Of a stretch of 64,000 bases of DNA, positions 17,501 to 29,000 are shown piece by piece. Below the pieces are notes generated by a model. That model saw only the letters and a list, made by a program, of their open reading frames with translations. It ran no database searches and was not told where the DNA came from. Each line of letters opens with the position of its first letter. The first letter of the stretch is position 1. Source of the stretch: Caecitellus pseudoparvulus (lineage: Eukaryota; Protista; Bigyra: Bicosoecida). The translations under genes and the position numbers were made by a program. The DNA is taken from contig CBFFRQ010000180.1 in assembly GCA_965644315.1 (NCBI GenBank), positions 1 through 64,000 of the forward strand. The letters run 5' to 3'.

Positions 17501-20500
17501 ATCATCAGCATCGTCCGATCCAGGAGAAACTTGTGCTGCAACTCTTACAAACCTCGTGTACGTTTTGTCAACGTTGGGCTGAGGGAAGCCAAAGCGACAC
17601 ACTTCTTCTCCAGATGGAGTTTTGCGGAGGCAGGTTGGTCCATGTTGAGGGTCGTGCCGTTGGACAACCTGGGCAAGAAGACGTATGTCATGATCTGTGT
17701 CTACTGCGGGTAGATGCTCACATGGGTGGTACTCAGGCGGAACTGTGGTTCGTGCATGCGTGGTTGTGATGATCGTGTCTGCATACTGTGCAATCACGCG
17801 TTCGGATTCTTCTCCAGAAGAGACAAGTTGCCCGAGGGTAGCTTTGCGCTCCTCAGTAAGCCCTTCCCCGGCAAGCTCCACCCCTGCCAAGATCCCAAGC
17901 AAGCGCACCTGACTGTGATGATGAAGGTCCGGTGCGCCATGCAAGGCTGCAACTCCATGCACGTGAGGCGCGCCTCTAGACTGCCACTCGTAACGGAGCC
18001 AATGCCATTTGGCATTCAGTGCTCCATAGAGACAGCGGTGGACGAACGCATCCACGCGCATCTGGAAGAGACAGTCTGCAACCATTGGTGCGCGTTCAAC
18101 AGCGGCTGCCCTGTTGGCTATACTATCCTGAATAGAGCTACCAAGATGCTTCAAGAATGTGGGCCATCTCAGATCCGCAGCTGATAATGTAAAGAATATT
18201 GTTGGAAGACCTTGTTGCTCCACCAAAGCTTCCAATTGTTTTCGTTCTGAGGCCATGTGTTCCGCGGAGCCAGGCACTTGAGTTCTAACACGCCGTACAT
18301 GCGCTAGAAGAGATGCCTTGTGCTTGAGAATGTGCTCCTTCAGTGTTGATTCGTGCAGCGGTTCAGATGCATCGTCACCAAAGGCGGACTTTACCACATA
18401 CCTTGCACTTGCAAGCGAACGTTGTCGACGAAGAGTATCAAATGACCAAAGAAGGAAGGATTTGTGTTCCTGAAAAGGCCAACTTTTTTTCCCTTCTGCA
18501 CCAGAGAAGCACACCCAGAGAAGATGCTTCAAGCCAGCCTTCATTGTCACATTCTTTTGGCAAATAGGCCGCGTAAAGTCTCCAAGTCCGTCAGGAAACA
18601 GAGTAGGAAATGCCATGGAAAGAAGACCCGGTGTTGAGCTTTTAGACGCATCAGGCACTGGTTTGTTTATCTCCATCGCCGGCCATTGTTGAGCTGCGAA
18701 GCATGCAGGAACCTCCTGCATGTTCGCTGCTCGGGCAGCAATCTTCGCAACATGATACAAATTTGCTTCTTGGGCAGCTGCTGTTCCCGATATTATCGTT
18801 GATGTGGGTGTGCTTCGTACTGGAAGCTGTCCTCTTGCCCTTGACCTTCGACGTCGAATTTGGGACGGGTTCTGCTTGGTGTCTGCTGGCAGCGTCCTGC
18901 TTTCACTGCCTTGCCATGAATGCTGTGGCGTCGTTGCTGTTGGAGACTCACTTGCTGCCCCTTGTTCTTCATCCCTCTCCACGGTCATGAGTAGCTCAAC
19001 GCCGCTGACACTGGGGCTAAAGGACTTGTCAACGACCAGCTGCCAATGCTCTCCATGATGTAAGAGTCCAACGATGCCATGAGCTCCTACGAGCAGCTGA
19101 GGTGAATCTCCAACAAGCAATGGAGATGAAGGGGAAAGTTTGTCTGTCCATATTCCCTTCCCGTACATACAAACTCGATACTCAGGAATGCTGAACAATG
19201 CCAAAAGATCCGGAGCTTCGTTGAACGTGCCAGGAGTGCACCGACTATCAAGGTACTCCTCCCATGACATGCCATTGACAGTCGCATGAAAGGCGGCCTG
19301 TGCGCTTTCAAGCTCCTGCCCTGTGATCTTCTGGAGCCATCGATGACAATCCTCTCGAACATGCATGGCCTGTATCCCTGATGGATCCAGGTTCCCATTT
19401 CTGATAGCAGCCATACAAAGAAAGAAACAGTCGCCCCCACCTCCGACATCAACTACTGCAAGATGGTATTTCTCAAAGTACTCATGAAATTCTGTAGAAA
19501 AAGGCGGTCCGGATCCTGTCCGACTTCCTGCGTCCATGAAGTGGGTGTGCACAGCGTCCAGGCTTACACAGGAAGCTTGTGACGTTGGCACAGTGGAGAC
19601 AGAGACACTTGGGAGTTTATGTACAACTCTGGGGTCCAGGTACTCTGCAAGATTATCTTCGCTGATTACAATGTCTGAGTACATGGGATTGTGAACCTTT
19701 AGCCAATGCAGCGCAGAAAGAATGCGAGTCGTGCAAACCCATGCCCCAGCTTGTTGTCCTGGACCCCCCTTTATCATGAGCACTGGCAAGTCCTTTGGTA
19801 GCAGGGGAAGTGTGCGCGTGATCTCACCGACATCTTGCCGAATGTTGGTGACGGGGGACGCAAGCAACCTCTGTCCATGACCCCTCCATCGAAGTATCCT
19901 CAGCAATGGGTGGACACGGGCAACGAGCACCTGCTCAACAAAGTTCAAGGCGGACAGAACGTCAGGAGGTTTGCTCGGTACCATGCAATTCTGCTCTGAA
20001 AGCAGCACTGGGTCACGTTGACAGGATTTACAATCTTTCTCACGCTTCCGCTTCCTTCCTCGTCTCTCTCCTGCTCTCACATGGGTTACTCTCGTCTCAC
20101 TTGTGTTCCAGCATGGTCTGCACTCATAGCAGATGGGGCAATGATGAAAGGTAATGCTCTGGAAGTCGTCATGAAACGACTTGAGAGCCTCAGCTTGTTT
20201 GGCGCTTTCCACCTGATCGGAGTCAACAGATACTCCTTGATTTGCTCCTGACGATAGTCGGTGAAAGGCAGCCGCTTCACGTGCAAGCCTTCGTCGATTG
20301 GAGTTTATCTGGTTGATTGACTTCCTTACATGTGCGGGAGATCCTACAGGTGTCAATGTGTGCAGGTACTGCACGGCTGCCGGACCGAACGGTCCTGGCG
20401 CTTCCGTGAGAAACGCATACTTATGTACCCTCTCAGTCGCCCGAGTTTTTGTTTTGCAGCGGAAGATCCCTGGGCTAGTCGTGCCAGCTAGCACCGAACC

Positions 20501-20845
20501 CCTGCTCGTACCTGCAACCCATACACTGCCATCTGACTCAGCACGTTCTGTCCCTGCGGTTACCATATCTATGTACTTACTTCTGATCGCTCGAGCGACA
20601 CAGTCGTTGTACTGCCTGAAGTGCCTAGAAGTACGGGACGCCTTGCCAAAAGGATCGAAGAGACGCACTGCACCAATGCACGGCCCACCATCTGAAGTAG
20701 CGGGCAGCAAGATCAACTGCCCTTCCCCTTCTTCAATCGCTGCTGCAAGGGCAGGACTTGCACGAAAATCAACAACAGTCCATGTTCTGTCACTCCAAGG
20801 CGCGCTTGGGGCGTCTATGACAGCGACCTCTACCTTCAGAGCCAT
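14582..20845 (-). CDS. Helitron RepHel transposase: Zn-finger, OTU-like protease, HUH Rep (Y2), PIF1/SF1 helicase
   Basis: CPICYEC..CKSC; VVDVGGGGDCFF...HWQ (OTU); FPTLFPDG; PTIFFTLSAADLRW; YEWQSRGAPHVHG (HUH); CRFGFP; YLAKYGCK; GTAGTGKS; IVDEISMV; PFGG..VLVGDFGQIPPV; TVHKAQGLTL; FVALSR. Confidence 0.95.
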   Translation of the reverse strand: MALKVEVAVIDAPSAPWSDRTWTVVDFRASPALAAAIEEGEGQLILLPATSDGGPCIGAVRLFDPFGKASRTSRHFRQYNDCVARAIRSKYIDMVTAGTERAESDGSVWVAGTSRGSVLAGTTSPGIFRCKTKTRATERVHKYAFLTEAPGPFGPAAVQYLHTLTPVGSPAHVRKSINQINSNRRRLAREAAAFHRLSSGANQGVSVDSDQVESAKQAEALKSFHDDFQSITFHHCPICYECRPCWNTSETRVTHVRAGERRGRKRKREKDCKSCQRDPVLLSEQNCMVPSKPPDVLSALNFVEQVLVARVHPLLRILRWRGHGQRLLASPVTNIRQDVGEITRTLPLLPKDLPVLMIKGGPGQQAGAWVCTTRILSALHWLKVHNPMYSDIVISEDNLAEYLDPRVVHKLPSVSVSTVPTSQASCVSLDAVHTHFMDAGSRTGSGPPFSTEFHEYFEKYHLAVVDVGGGGDCFFLCMAAIRNGNLDPSGIQAMHVREDCHRWLQKITGQELESAQAAFHATVNGMSWEEYLDSRCTPGTFNEAPDLLALFSIPEYRVCMYGKGIWTDKLSPSSPLLVGDSPQLLVGAHGIVGLLHHGEHWQLVVDKSFSPSVSGVELLMTVERDEEQGAASESPTATTPQHSWQGSESRTLPADTKQNPSQIRRRRSRARGQLPVRSTPTSTIISGTAAAQEANLYHVAKIAARAANMQEVPACFAAQQWPAMEINKPVPDASKSSTPGLLSMAFPTLFPDGLGDFTRPICQKNVTMKAGLKHLLWVCFSGAEGKKSWPFQEHKSFLLWSFDTLRRQRSLASARYVVKSAFGDDASEPLHESTLKEHILKHKASLLAHVRRVRTQVPGSAEHMASERKQLEALVEQQGLPTIFFTLSAADLRWPTFLKHLGSSIQDSIANRAAAVERAPMVADCLFQMRVDAFVHRCLYGALNAKWHWLRYEWQSRGAPHVHGVAALHGAPDLHHHSQVRLLGILAGVELAGEGLTEERKATLGQLVSSGEESERVIAQYADTIITTTHARTTVPPEYHPCEHLPAVDTDHDIRLLAQVVQRHDPQHGPTCLRKTPSGEEVCRFGFPQPNVDKTYTRFVRVAAQVSPGSDDADDDAHLVHTPLFKTQLQTKRDHPFMNGYNKTMLASWRANIDVKLVLDMPAMITYLAKYGCKPEVPSLSFSELLPKVLAAPNRVRTLTSTADMPDQARRAALVGTISSLLMRMSSPRDVSIQEASHHLRGAKIVYSTFGFENVGITNRGGLIGGTEEVPQPARQSTIAEEGQAVAVTGLQAYAKRMKWVSECESSIELLTRIRDATLLEFFKDHAFGPMKRHSSLRTRNQGRTVGDVLYRRWKGGQGVPLTLLQDHVARSPILSETFFSKPVLPVFRPSIIASQGSSLYADYCKNQLKKYKCWHEGAFFEEAVGRPELDMPLQGSEQDRAEACIESWEAFIAAHPEIPALSQSDTRLQQQRLITSHGLAEACWAEHSLLSGSDPPKLQPLEDSDYVGDAFAAAFQDSTVSDTLSTIEELLHAGSCAAEVEAIAQELLVDSVVERNSLNGWLQLQKDDMASHPEWRLQQENVSFEQLNLGQKCVIRYLDFCCESGTQCLMLLHGTAGTGKSFTINAISSRWQSEVLRVAPSGVAAINISGKTIHSAFEIPVQLSWHEDMPVLDSLAAERLKASMSSEGTAPSILIVDEISMVSTSLFGRLEARCRQLFQVDKPFGGLHVVLVGDFGQIPPVAAASLLSSTTRGTTPSRQSGMSRIQHEHGLGLFTSLFSVKFELAKIERQQAHDQSEWRDALLAIREKKATQRHVDLIKSRSPSVLTLPPAVERQFSRCMHLFSTNRQVVAYSLSIWASFSDKMVISAHHPFGGKAATQASASDAGLMHPLPVAVDMPVHLTRNLWVEAGLGNGSRGILKAVILKNQAITSNVSLITSKHVVAALVQMDPPYSGPSVLEGIPRVIPVPVVSSSFTVQESGRTVKCTRSQLALKPDVARTVHKAQGLTLDRCVVDLRDAVPTHGLAFVALSRTRRLDDMIILPHNAERYKAEYPTTSVWPKRLQDFLAELKVSSSAFLDMCRRKGLV

Positions 20846-20922
20846 GCAGTTCCGCTGCGTTCATCTCCTGTGAAAGGATGTGGCTGGCTGACTGTGCTCG
20901 GATCGTGAGTTGACTATGTTGA

Positions 20923-21345
20923 CTAGTCGTCAGTGACAGTTATCACGCCTACTAAAATGTTGAGCAGGAGGGACTGCGCCTGTTCTGAGAGCCGGTCATT
21001 GACATGAAGCTGTTCTGCCGAAATTCCGCAGTCTGCACACGCCATCATAAGCACTGAAAGACGTTTTGGAAGGGCTGAGTTCCTGGCGGAACTTGACAGC
21101 CGATGTCCTGTGCCAGGGAGAGAGATCCATGGCCGATGCACGATGCCCTCAAACTCAAGGGCGGAACGCTGCCTTGCAAAGCCAGTAATCCACACGAGCA
21201 AAGTCCAAGTACCCTGCCTGGTAGCCTCTGCCCCCTTGCCAGTATTGTGGAGACGCAGCCTTCGTTCAAGCGTGTCCTCTTTCGAGTATCCGACGTACGT
21301 TCGCTGATCACTGCCCCGCACGAGTACATACACACAGTACCCCAT
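20923..21345 (-). CDS. GIY-YIG endonuclease, SLX1-like, carried by H1
   Basis: YCVYVL...TYVGYS...RRLRLHN..KGA..T...W.L...ITGF.....ALEFE reproduces the SLX1-type GIY-YIG pattern. Confidence 0.85.
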   Translation of the reverse strand: MGYCVYVLVRGSDQRTYVGYSKEDTLERRLRLHNTGKGAEATRQGTWTLLVWITGFARQRSALEFEGIVHRPWISLPGTGHRLSSSARNSALPKRLSVLMMACADCGISAEQLHVNDRLSEQAQSLLLNILVGVITVTDD

Positions 21346-21519
21346 GGCTGGTGCCGTGCACCAATCCTGCCTGGGTGATGCGAGTCAATCAGCTGACAAA
21401 CTTCAATCAGCTCAGAGGCACATACTCTCGGTTGCCCCACACCACTTTCATCATTGCAAATGTATCACGTGTTGACAAACACGGTAGCCTCAAGACTGTC
21501 CCTCCTCGTACGTGCCATC

Positions 21520-22824
21520 ATGGCCAACGCCAGCCGCGGGGTTCGCGTTCCAAGTGCCCCCCCTGCCAAGGTGGGCAAGTGCACTGCACTCTCCCTCATC
21601 ACCAAGGCCTCGGCTCAGCTATGTGCTGAACCCGGCAACTTTGGTGTCATGGACGCCGACCTCATCGCCAACAAAGGTGGCATCCCACCGCTGAAGACAG
21701 GACAACTTCCGATCAAGGTCGCGGATGTCTTCTTTGAGCCATTAGTCAGTATTCCGCCTCTCTTGATGCTCATCTGTGCCCCACTTTCAGCCTTGCCAAA
21801 GCAGGATGATGCCAACGATACGGCATGCATCGTCATGGATGACATGGCCCTCCTCGGACACCGTTGGAAGACGAAGTACGGTGCAGGTCAAGCTGGCCGG
21901 ACCCCCTATGAGAACTCGCAAGAAGTCCTTCAGTCTCACTGGACCGCCTTCAGTGAGTGCCAGAGAGTTCTATCGGTGACGTGCCAGAGTGAAGTACCTG
22001 TGACGACGTTCCACACTCTTTGCTTATTCGCAGAAACCATTGTTCCCCTGGACCTTGCCGTTAAAGGCCTCCGGGCCACGGCAATGTTGGAGCTTGACAT
22101 TGATGGGGAGAAGCAGACCCCGCCTCCCCTCCCATTTGAAGTTTACGATGAACCACCCCACCAGGACATCGTCAAGACAGTCACCTCGCAGGCGTACCGC
22201 ACCAAGCTCGCCCGTTCGGTTGGCGCAGGCTCCGGCGAGGTAGTGCTGGCCGAGCACCTCTTCACCGGACACGTCGAGGCCGGCGACCAACTATCCCTGA
22301 CGCTTACCCCCACCAAGCTGCCCCCCACCCCTGGCACACGGTCATCGTCGTACGGCTTGGTGCCGTACTCTGATGTAGTTGTGTTTGCCGTGGGGGTGGG
22401 GACCATCGCCGAGACCAGCTTTAAACTGAAAAAAGCTTGGTTGCTCCTCGTCCAAGCCATCCCCAATGCCGCTGAGCACCTCGCGTCCATGCGAGATGCC
22501 AGCGGCATGTCGGGCATTGGCTACGACTTGGCCGCTGGGCTACGCGAGCAGCTGGATGGCATCCAGACAGCTGCTCTTGACCCAGCGACCTACTTGGCAG
22601 CTGCTGAACGGGTGCTTGACGAGCACAAGAAGGTGGCTGAGGCTGCTGAGGCTGTCAAAGCCTCTGTGGCGCCAGCCCCCGTGCGTAGCCCCGAGCTCCT
22701 CGCCCTGGCACAGCAACGACAAAAGCGCCGACGCAGCACGACAGATGCAAGTCAAGCTCCACCTGCAAGCCAAACCCCTACATCTGAAGTTGCCAAGCAA
22801 AGGAGCAAGCGACGTGCTAAGTAG
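21520..22824 (+). CDS. Orphan protein carried by H1, divergent from GIY-YIG/RepHel
   Basis: Long open frame (listed from a non-ATG codon at 21454; MANAS ATG at 21520 chosen, an earlier ATG exists at 21460); basic NLS-like C-terminus (QKRRRS, KQRSKRRAK); no family recognised. Confidence 0.65.
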   Translation: MANASRGVRVPSAPPAKVGKCTALSLITKASAQLCAEPGNFGVMDADLIANKGGIPPLKTGQLPIKVADVFFEPLVSIPPLLMLICAPLSALPKQDDANDTACIVMDDMALLGHRWKTKYGAGQAGRTPYENSQEVLQSHWTAFSECQRVLSVTCQSEVPVTTFHTLCLFAETIVPLDLAVKGLRATAMLELDIDGEKQTPPPLPFEVYDEPPHQDIVKTVTSQAYRTKLARSVGAGSGEVVLAEHLFTGHVEAGDQLSLTLTPTKLPPTPGTRSSSYGLVPYSDVVVFAVGVGTIAETSFKLKKAWLLLVQAIPNAAEHLASMRDASGMSGIGYDLAAGLREQLDGIQTAALDPATYLAAAERVLDEHKKVAEAAEAVKASVAPAPVRSPELLALAQQRQKRRRSTTDASQAPPASQTPTSEVAKQRSKRRAK

Positions 22825-23033
22825 TCAAGAGAAATGCATTGGCTTTGACTCATACGGAGTCAAAATACCAACGCAACCATGAGGGAAGCTCACGCTTCCA
22901 CCACCTCACCACCCGAAGTAAACTCCTTGCGTCCCTTCTCTACCCGAGTGAAACGTAAAATGGTCTACGCTCACAGGATCCGTTAACAGCTTCAAGTGCG
23001 CTGGTAAGACCCCGTACCTCTACCGGCACGTCT

Positions 23034-26000
23034 GAGGCCCGCCGTGCCCCTGCACAGGTCATGCCAGCTGTCCATCGCCAGGTATGCCACGCCTGCACCA
23101 CGCTGCATGACGCCACGGCCCCACACTGCACGCGCAGAGGCCCGCCGCGCCCCTGCACAGGTCATGCCAGCTGCCCATCGCCAGGTATGCCACGCCTGCA
23201 CCACGCTGCATGACGCCACGGCCCCACACTGCACGCTCCGAGGCCCGCCGTGCCTCTGCACAGGTCATGCCAGCTGTCCATCGCCAGGTATGCCACGCCT
23301 GCACCACGCTGCATGACGCCACGGCCCCACACTGCACGCTCCGAGGCCCGCCGTGCCCCTGCACAGGTCATGCCAGCTGTCCATCGCCAGGTATGCCACG
23401 CCTGCACCACGCTGCATGACGCCACGGCCCCACACTGCACGCTCCGAGGCCCGCCGTGCCCCTGCACAGGTCATGCCAGCTGCCCATCGCCAGGTATGCC
23501 ACGCCTGCACCACGCTGCATGACGCCACGGCCCCACACTGCACGCTCCGAGGCCCGCCGTGCCTCTGCACAGGTCATGCCAGCTGTCCATCGCCAGGTAT
23601 GCCACGCCTGCACCACGCTGCATGACGCCACGGCCCCACACTGCACGCTCCGAGGCCCGCCGTGCCCCTGCACAGGTCATGCCAGCTGTCCATCGCCAGG
23701 TATGCCACGCCTGCACCACGCTGCATGACGCCACGGCCCCACACTGCACGCTCCGAGGCCCGCCGTGCCCCTGCACAGGTCATGCCAGCTGCCCATCGCC
23801 AGGTATGCCACGCCTGCACCACGCTGCATGACGCCACGGCCCCACACTGCACGCTCCGAGGCCCGCCGTGCCCCTGCACAGGTCATGCCAGCTGTCCATC
23901 GCCAGGTATGCCACGCCTGCACCACGCTGCATGACGCCACGGCCCCACACTGCACGCTCCGAGGCCCGCCGTGCCCCTGCACAGGTCATGCCAGCTGTCC
24001 ATCGCCAGGTATGCCACGCCTGCACCACGCTGCATGACGCCACGGCCCCACACTGCACGCTCCGAGGCCCGCCGTGCCCCTGCACAGGTCATGCCAGCTG
24101 CCCAACGCCAGGTATGCCACGCCTGCACCACGCTGCATGACGCCACGGCCCCACACTGCACGCTCCGAGGCCCGCCGTGCCCCTGCACAGGTCATGCCAG
24201 CTGTCCATCGCCAGGTATGCCACGCCTGCACCACGCTGCATGACGCCACGGCCCCACACTGCACGCTCCGAGGCCCGCCGTGCCCCTGCACAGGTCATGC
24301 CAGCTGTCCATCGCCAGGTATGCCACGCCTGCACCACGCTGCATGACGCCACGGCCCCACACTGCACGCTCCGAGGCCCGCCGTGCCCCTGCACAGGTCA
24401 TGCCAGCTGTCCATCGCCAGGTATGCCACGCCTGCACCACGCTGCATGACGCCACGGCCCCACACTGCACGCTCCGAGGCCCGCCGTGCCCCTGCACAGG
24501 TCATGCCAGCTGTCCATCGCCAGGTATGCCACGCCTGCACCACGCTGCATGACGCCACGGCCCCACACTGCACGCTCCGAGGCCCGCCGTGCCCCTGCAC
24601 AGGTCATGCCAGCTGTCCATCGCCAGGTATGCCACGCCTGCACCACGCTGCATGACGCCACGGCCCCACACTGCACGCTCCGAGGCCCGCCGTGCCCCTG
24701 CACAGGTCATGCCAGCTGTCCATCGCCAGGTATGCCACGCCTGCACCACGCTGCATGACGCCACGGCCCCACACTGCACGCTCCGAGGCCCGCCGTGCCC
24801 CTGCACAGGTCATGCCAGCTGTCCATCGCCAGGTATGCCACGCCTGCACCACGCTGCATGACGCCACGGCCCCACACTGCACGCTCCGAGGCCCGCCGTG
24901 CCCCTGCACAGGTCATGCCAGCTGTCCATCGCCAGGTATGCCACGCCTGCACCACGCTGCATGACGCCACGGCCCCACACTGCACGCTCCGAGGCCCGCC
25001 GTGCCCCTGCACAGGTCATGCCAGCTGTCCATCGCCAGGTATGCCACGCCTGCACCACGCTGCATGACGCCACGGCCCCACACTGCACGCTCCGAGGCCC
25101 GCCGTGCCCCTGCACAGGTCATGCCAGCTGTCCATCGCCAGGTATGCCACGCCTGCACCACGCTGCATGACGCCACGGCCCCACACTGCACGCTCCGAGG
25201 CCCGCCGTGCCCCTGCACAGGTCATGCCAGCTGTCCATCGCCAGGTATGCCACGCCTGCACCACGCTGCATGACGCCACGGCCCCACACTGCACGCTCCG
25301 AGGCCCGCCGTGCCTCTGCACAGGTCATGCCAGCTGTCCATCGCCAGGTATGCCACGCCTGCACCACGCTGCATGACGCCACGGCCCCACACTGCACGCT
25401 CCGAGGCCCGCCGTGCCCCTGCACAGGTCATGCCAGCTGTCCATCGCCAGGTATGCCACGCCTGCACCACGCTGCATGACGCCACGGCCCCACACTGCAC
25501 GCTCCGAGGCCCGCCGTGCCCCTGCACAGGTCATGCCAGCTGCCCATCGCCAGGTATGCCACGCCTGCACCACGCTGCATGACGCCACGGCCCCACACTG
25601 CACGCTCCGAGGCCCGCCGTGCCCCTGCACAGGTCATGCCAGCTGTCCATCGCCAGGTATGCCACGCCTGCACCACGCTGCATGACGCCACGGCCCCACA
25701 CTGCACGCTCCGAGGCCCGCCGTGCCCCTGCACAGGTCATGCCAGCTGTCCATCGCCAGGTATGCCACGCCTGCACCACGCTGCATGACGCCACGGCCCC
25801 ACACTGCACGCTCCGAGGCCCGCCGTGCCCCTGCACAGGTCATGCCAGCTGCCCAACGCCAGGTATGCCACGCCTGCACCACGCTGCATGACGCCACGGC
25901 CCCACACTGCACGCTCCGAGGCCCGCCGTGCCCCTGCACAGGTCATGCCAGCTGTCCATCGCCAGGTATGCCACGCCTGCACCACGCTGCATGACGCCAC

Positions 26001-29000
26001 GGCCCCACACTGCACGCTCCGAGGCCCGCCGTGCCCCTGCACAGGTCATGCCAGCTGTCCATCGCCAGGTATGCCACGCCTGCACCACGCTGCATGACGC
26101 CACGGCCCCACACTGCACGCTCCGAGGCCCGCCGTGCCCCTGCACAGGTCATGCCAGCTGTCCATCGCCAGGTATGCCACGCCTGCACCACGCTGCATGA
26201 CGCCACGGCCCCACACTGCACGCTCCGAGGCCCGCCGTGCCCCTGCACAGGTCATGCCAGCTGTCCATCGCCAGGTATGCCACGCCTGCACCACGCTGCA
26301 TGACGCCACGGCCCCACACTGCACGCTCCGAGGCCCGCCGTGCCCCTGCACAGGTCATGCCAGCTGTCCATCGCCAGGTATGCCACGCCTGCACCACGCT
26401 GCATGACGCCACGGCCCCACACTGCACGCTCCGAGGCCCGCCGTGCCCCTGCACAGGTCATGCCAGCTGTCCATCGCCAGGTATGCCACGCCTGCACCAC
26501 GCTGCATGACGCCACGGCCCCACACTGCACGCTCCGAGGCCCGCCGTGCCCCTGCACAGGTCATGCCAGCTGTCCATCGCCAGGTATGCCACGCCTGCAC
26601 CACGCTGCATGACGCCACGGCCCCACACTGCACGCTCCGAGGCCCGCCGTGCCCCTGCACAGGTCATGCCAGCTGTCCATCGCCAGGTATGCCACGCCTG
26701 CACCACGCTGCATGACGCCACGGCCCCACACTGCACGCTCCGAGGCCCGCCGTGCCCCTGCACAGGTCATGCCAGCTGTCCATCGCCAGGTATGCCACGC
26801 CTGCACCACGCTGCATGACGCCACGGCCCCACACTGCACGCTCCGAGGCCCGCCGTGCCCCTGCACAGGTCATGCCAGCTGTCCATCGCCAGGTATGCCA
26901 CGCCTGCACCACGCTGCATGACGCCACGGCCCCACACTGCACGCTCCGAGGCCCGCCGTGCCCCTGCACAGGTCATGCCAGCTGTCCATCGCCAGGTATG
27001 CCACGCCTGCACCACGCTGCATGACGCCACGGCCCCACACTGCACGCTCCGAGGCCCGCCGTGCCCCTGCACAGGTCATGCCAGCTGCCCATCGCCAGGT
27101 ATGCCACGCCTGCACCACGCTGCATGACGCCACGGCCCCACACTGCACGCTCCGAGGCCCGCCGTGCCCCTGCACAGGTCATGCCAGCTGCCCAACGCCA
27201 GGTATGCCACGCCTGCACCACGCTGCATGACGCCACGGCCCCACACTGCACGCTCCGAGGCCCGCCGTGCCCCTGCACAGGTCATGCCAGCTGTCCATCG
27301 CCAGGTATGCCACGCCTGCACCACGCTGCATGACGCCACGGCCCCACACTGCACGCTCCGAGGCCCGCCGTGCCCCTGCACAGGTCATGCCAGCTGTCCA
27401 TCGCCAGGTATGCCACGCCTGCACCACGCTGCATGACGCCACGGCCCCACACTGCACGCTCCGAGGCCCGCCGTGCCCCTGCACAGGTCATGCCAGCTGC
27501 CCATCGCCAGGTATGCCACGCCTGCACCACGCTGCATGACGCCACGGCCCCACACTGCACGCTCCGAGGCCCGCCGTGCCCCTGCACAGGTCATGCCAGC
27601 TGCCCATCGCCAGGTATGCCACGCCTGCACCACGCTGCATGACGCCACGGCCCCACACTGCACGCTCCGAGGCCCGCCGTGCCCCTGCACAGGTCATGCC
27701 AGCTGCCCATCGCCAGGTATGCCACGCCTGCACCACGCTGCATGACGCCACGGCCCCACACTGCACGCTCCGAGGCCCGCCGTGCCCCTGCACAGGTCAT
27801 GCCAGCTGTCCATCGCCAGGTATGCCACGCCTGCACCACGCTGCATGACGCCACGGCCCCACACTGCACGCTCCGAGGCCCGCCGTGCCCCTGCACAGGT
27901 CATGCCAGCTGTCCATCGCCAGGTATGCCACGCCTGCACCACGCTGCATGACGCCACGGCCCCACACTGCACGCTCCGAGGCCCGCCGTGCCCCTGCACA
28001 GGTCATGCCAGCTGTCCATCGCCAGGTATGCCACGCCTGCACCACGCTGCATGACGCCACGGCCCCACACTGCACGCTCCGAGGCCCGCCGTGCCCCTGC
28101 ACAGGTCATGCCAGCTGTCCATCGCCAGGTATGCCACGCCTGCACCACGCTGCATGACGCCACGGCCCCACACTGCACGCTCCGAGGCCCGCCGTGCCCC
28201 TGCACAGGTCATGCCAGCTGTCCATCGCCAGGTATGCCACGCCTGCACCACGCTGCATGACGCCACGGCCCCACACTGCACGCTCCGAGGCCCGCCGTGC
28301 CCCTGCACAGGTCATGCCAGCTGCCCAACGCCAGGTATGCCACGCCTGCACCACGCTGCATGACGCCACGGCCCCACACTGCACGCTCCGAGGCCCGCCG
28401 TGCCCCTGCACAGGTCATGCCAGCTGTCCATCGCCAGGTATGCCACGCCTGCACCACGCTGCATGACGCCACGGCCCCACACTGCACGCTCCGAGGCCCG
28501 CCGTGCCCCTGCACAGGTCATGCCAGCTGCCCAACGCCAGGTATGCCACGCCTGCACCACGCTGCATGACGCCACGGCCCCACACTGCACGCTCCGAGGC
28601 CCGCCGTGCCCCTGCACAGGTCATGCCAGCTGTCCATCGCCAGGTATGCCACGCCTGCACCACGCTGCATGACGCCACGGCCCCACACTGCACGCTCCGA
28701 GGCCCGCCGTGCCCCTGCACAGGTCATGCCAGCTGTCCATCGCCAGGTATGCCACGCCTGCACCACGCTGCATGACGCCACGGCCCCACACTGCACGCTC
28801 CGAGGCCCGCCGTGCCTCTGCACAGGTCATGCCAGCTGTCCATCGCCAGGTATGCCACGCCTGCACCACGCTGCATGACGCCACGGCCCCACACTGCACG
28901 CTCCGAGGCCCGCCGTGCCCCTGCACAGGTCATGCCAGCTGTCCATCGCCAGGTATGCCACGCCTGCACCACGCTGCATGACGCCACGGCCCCACACTGC

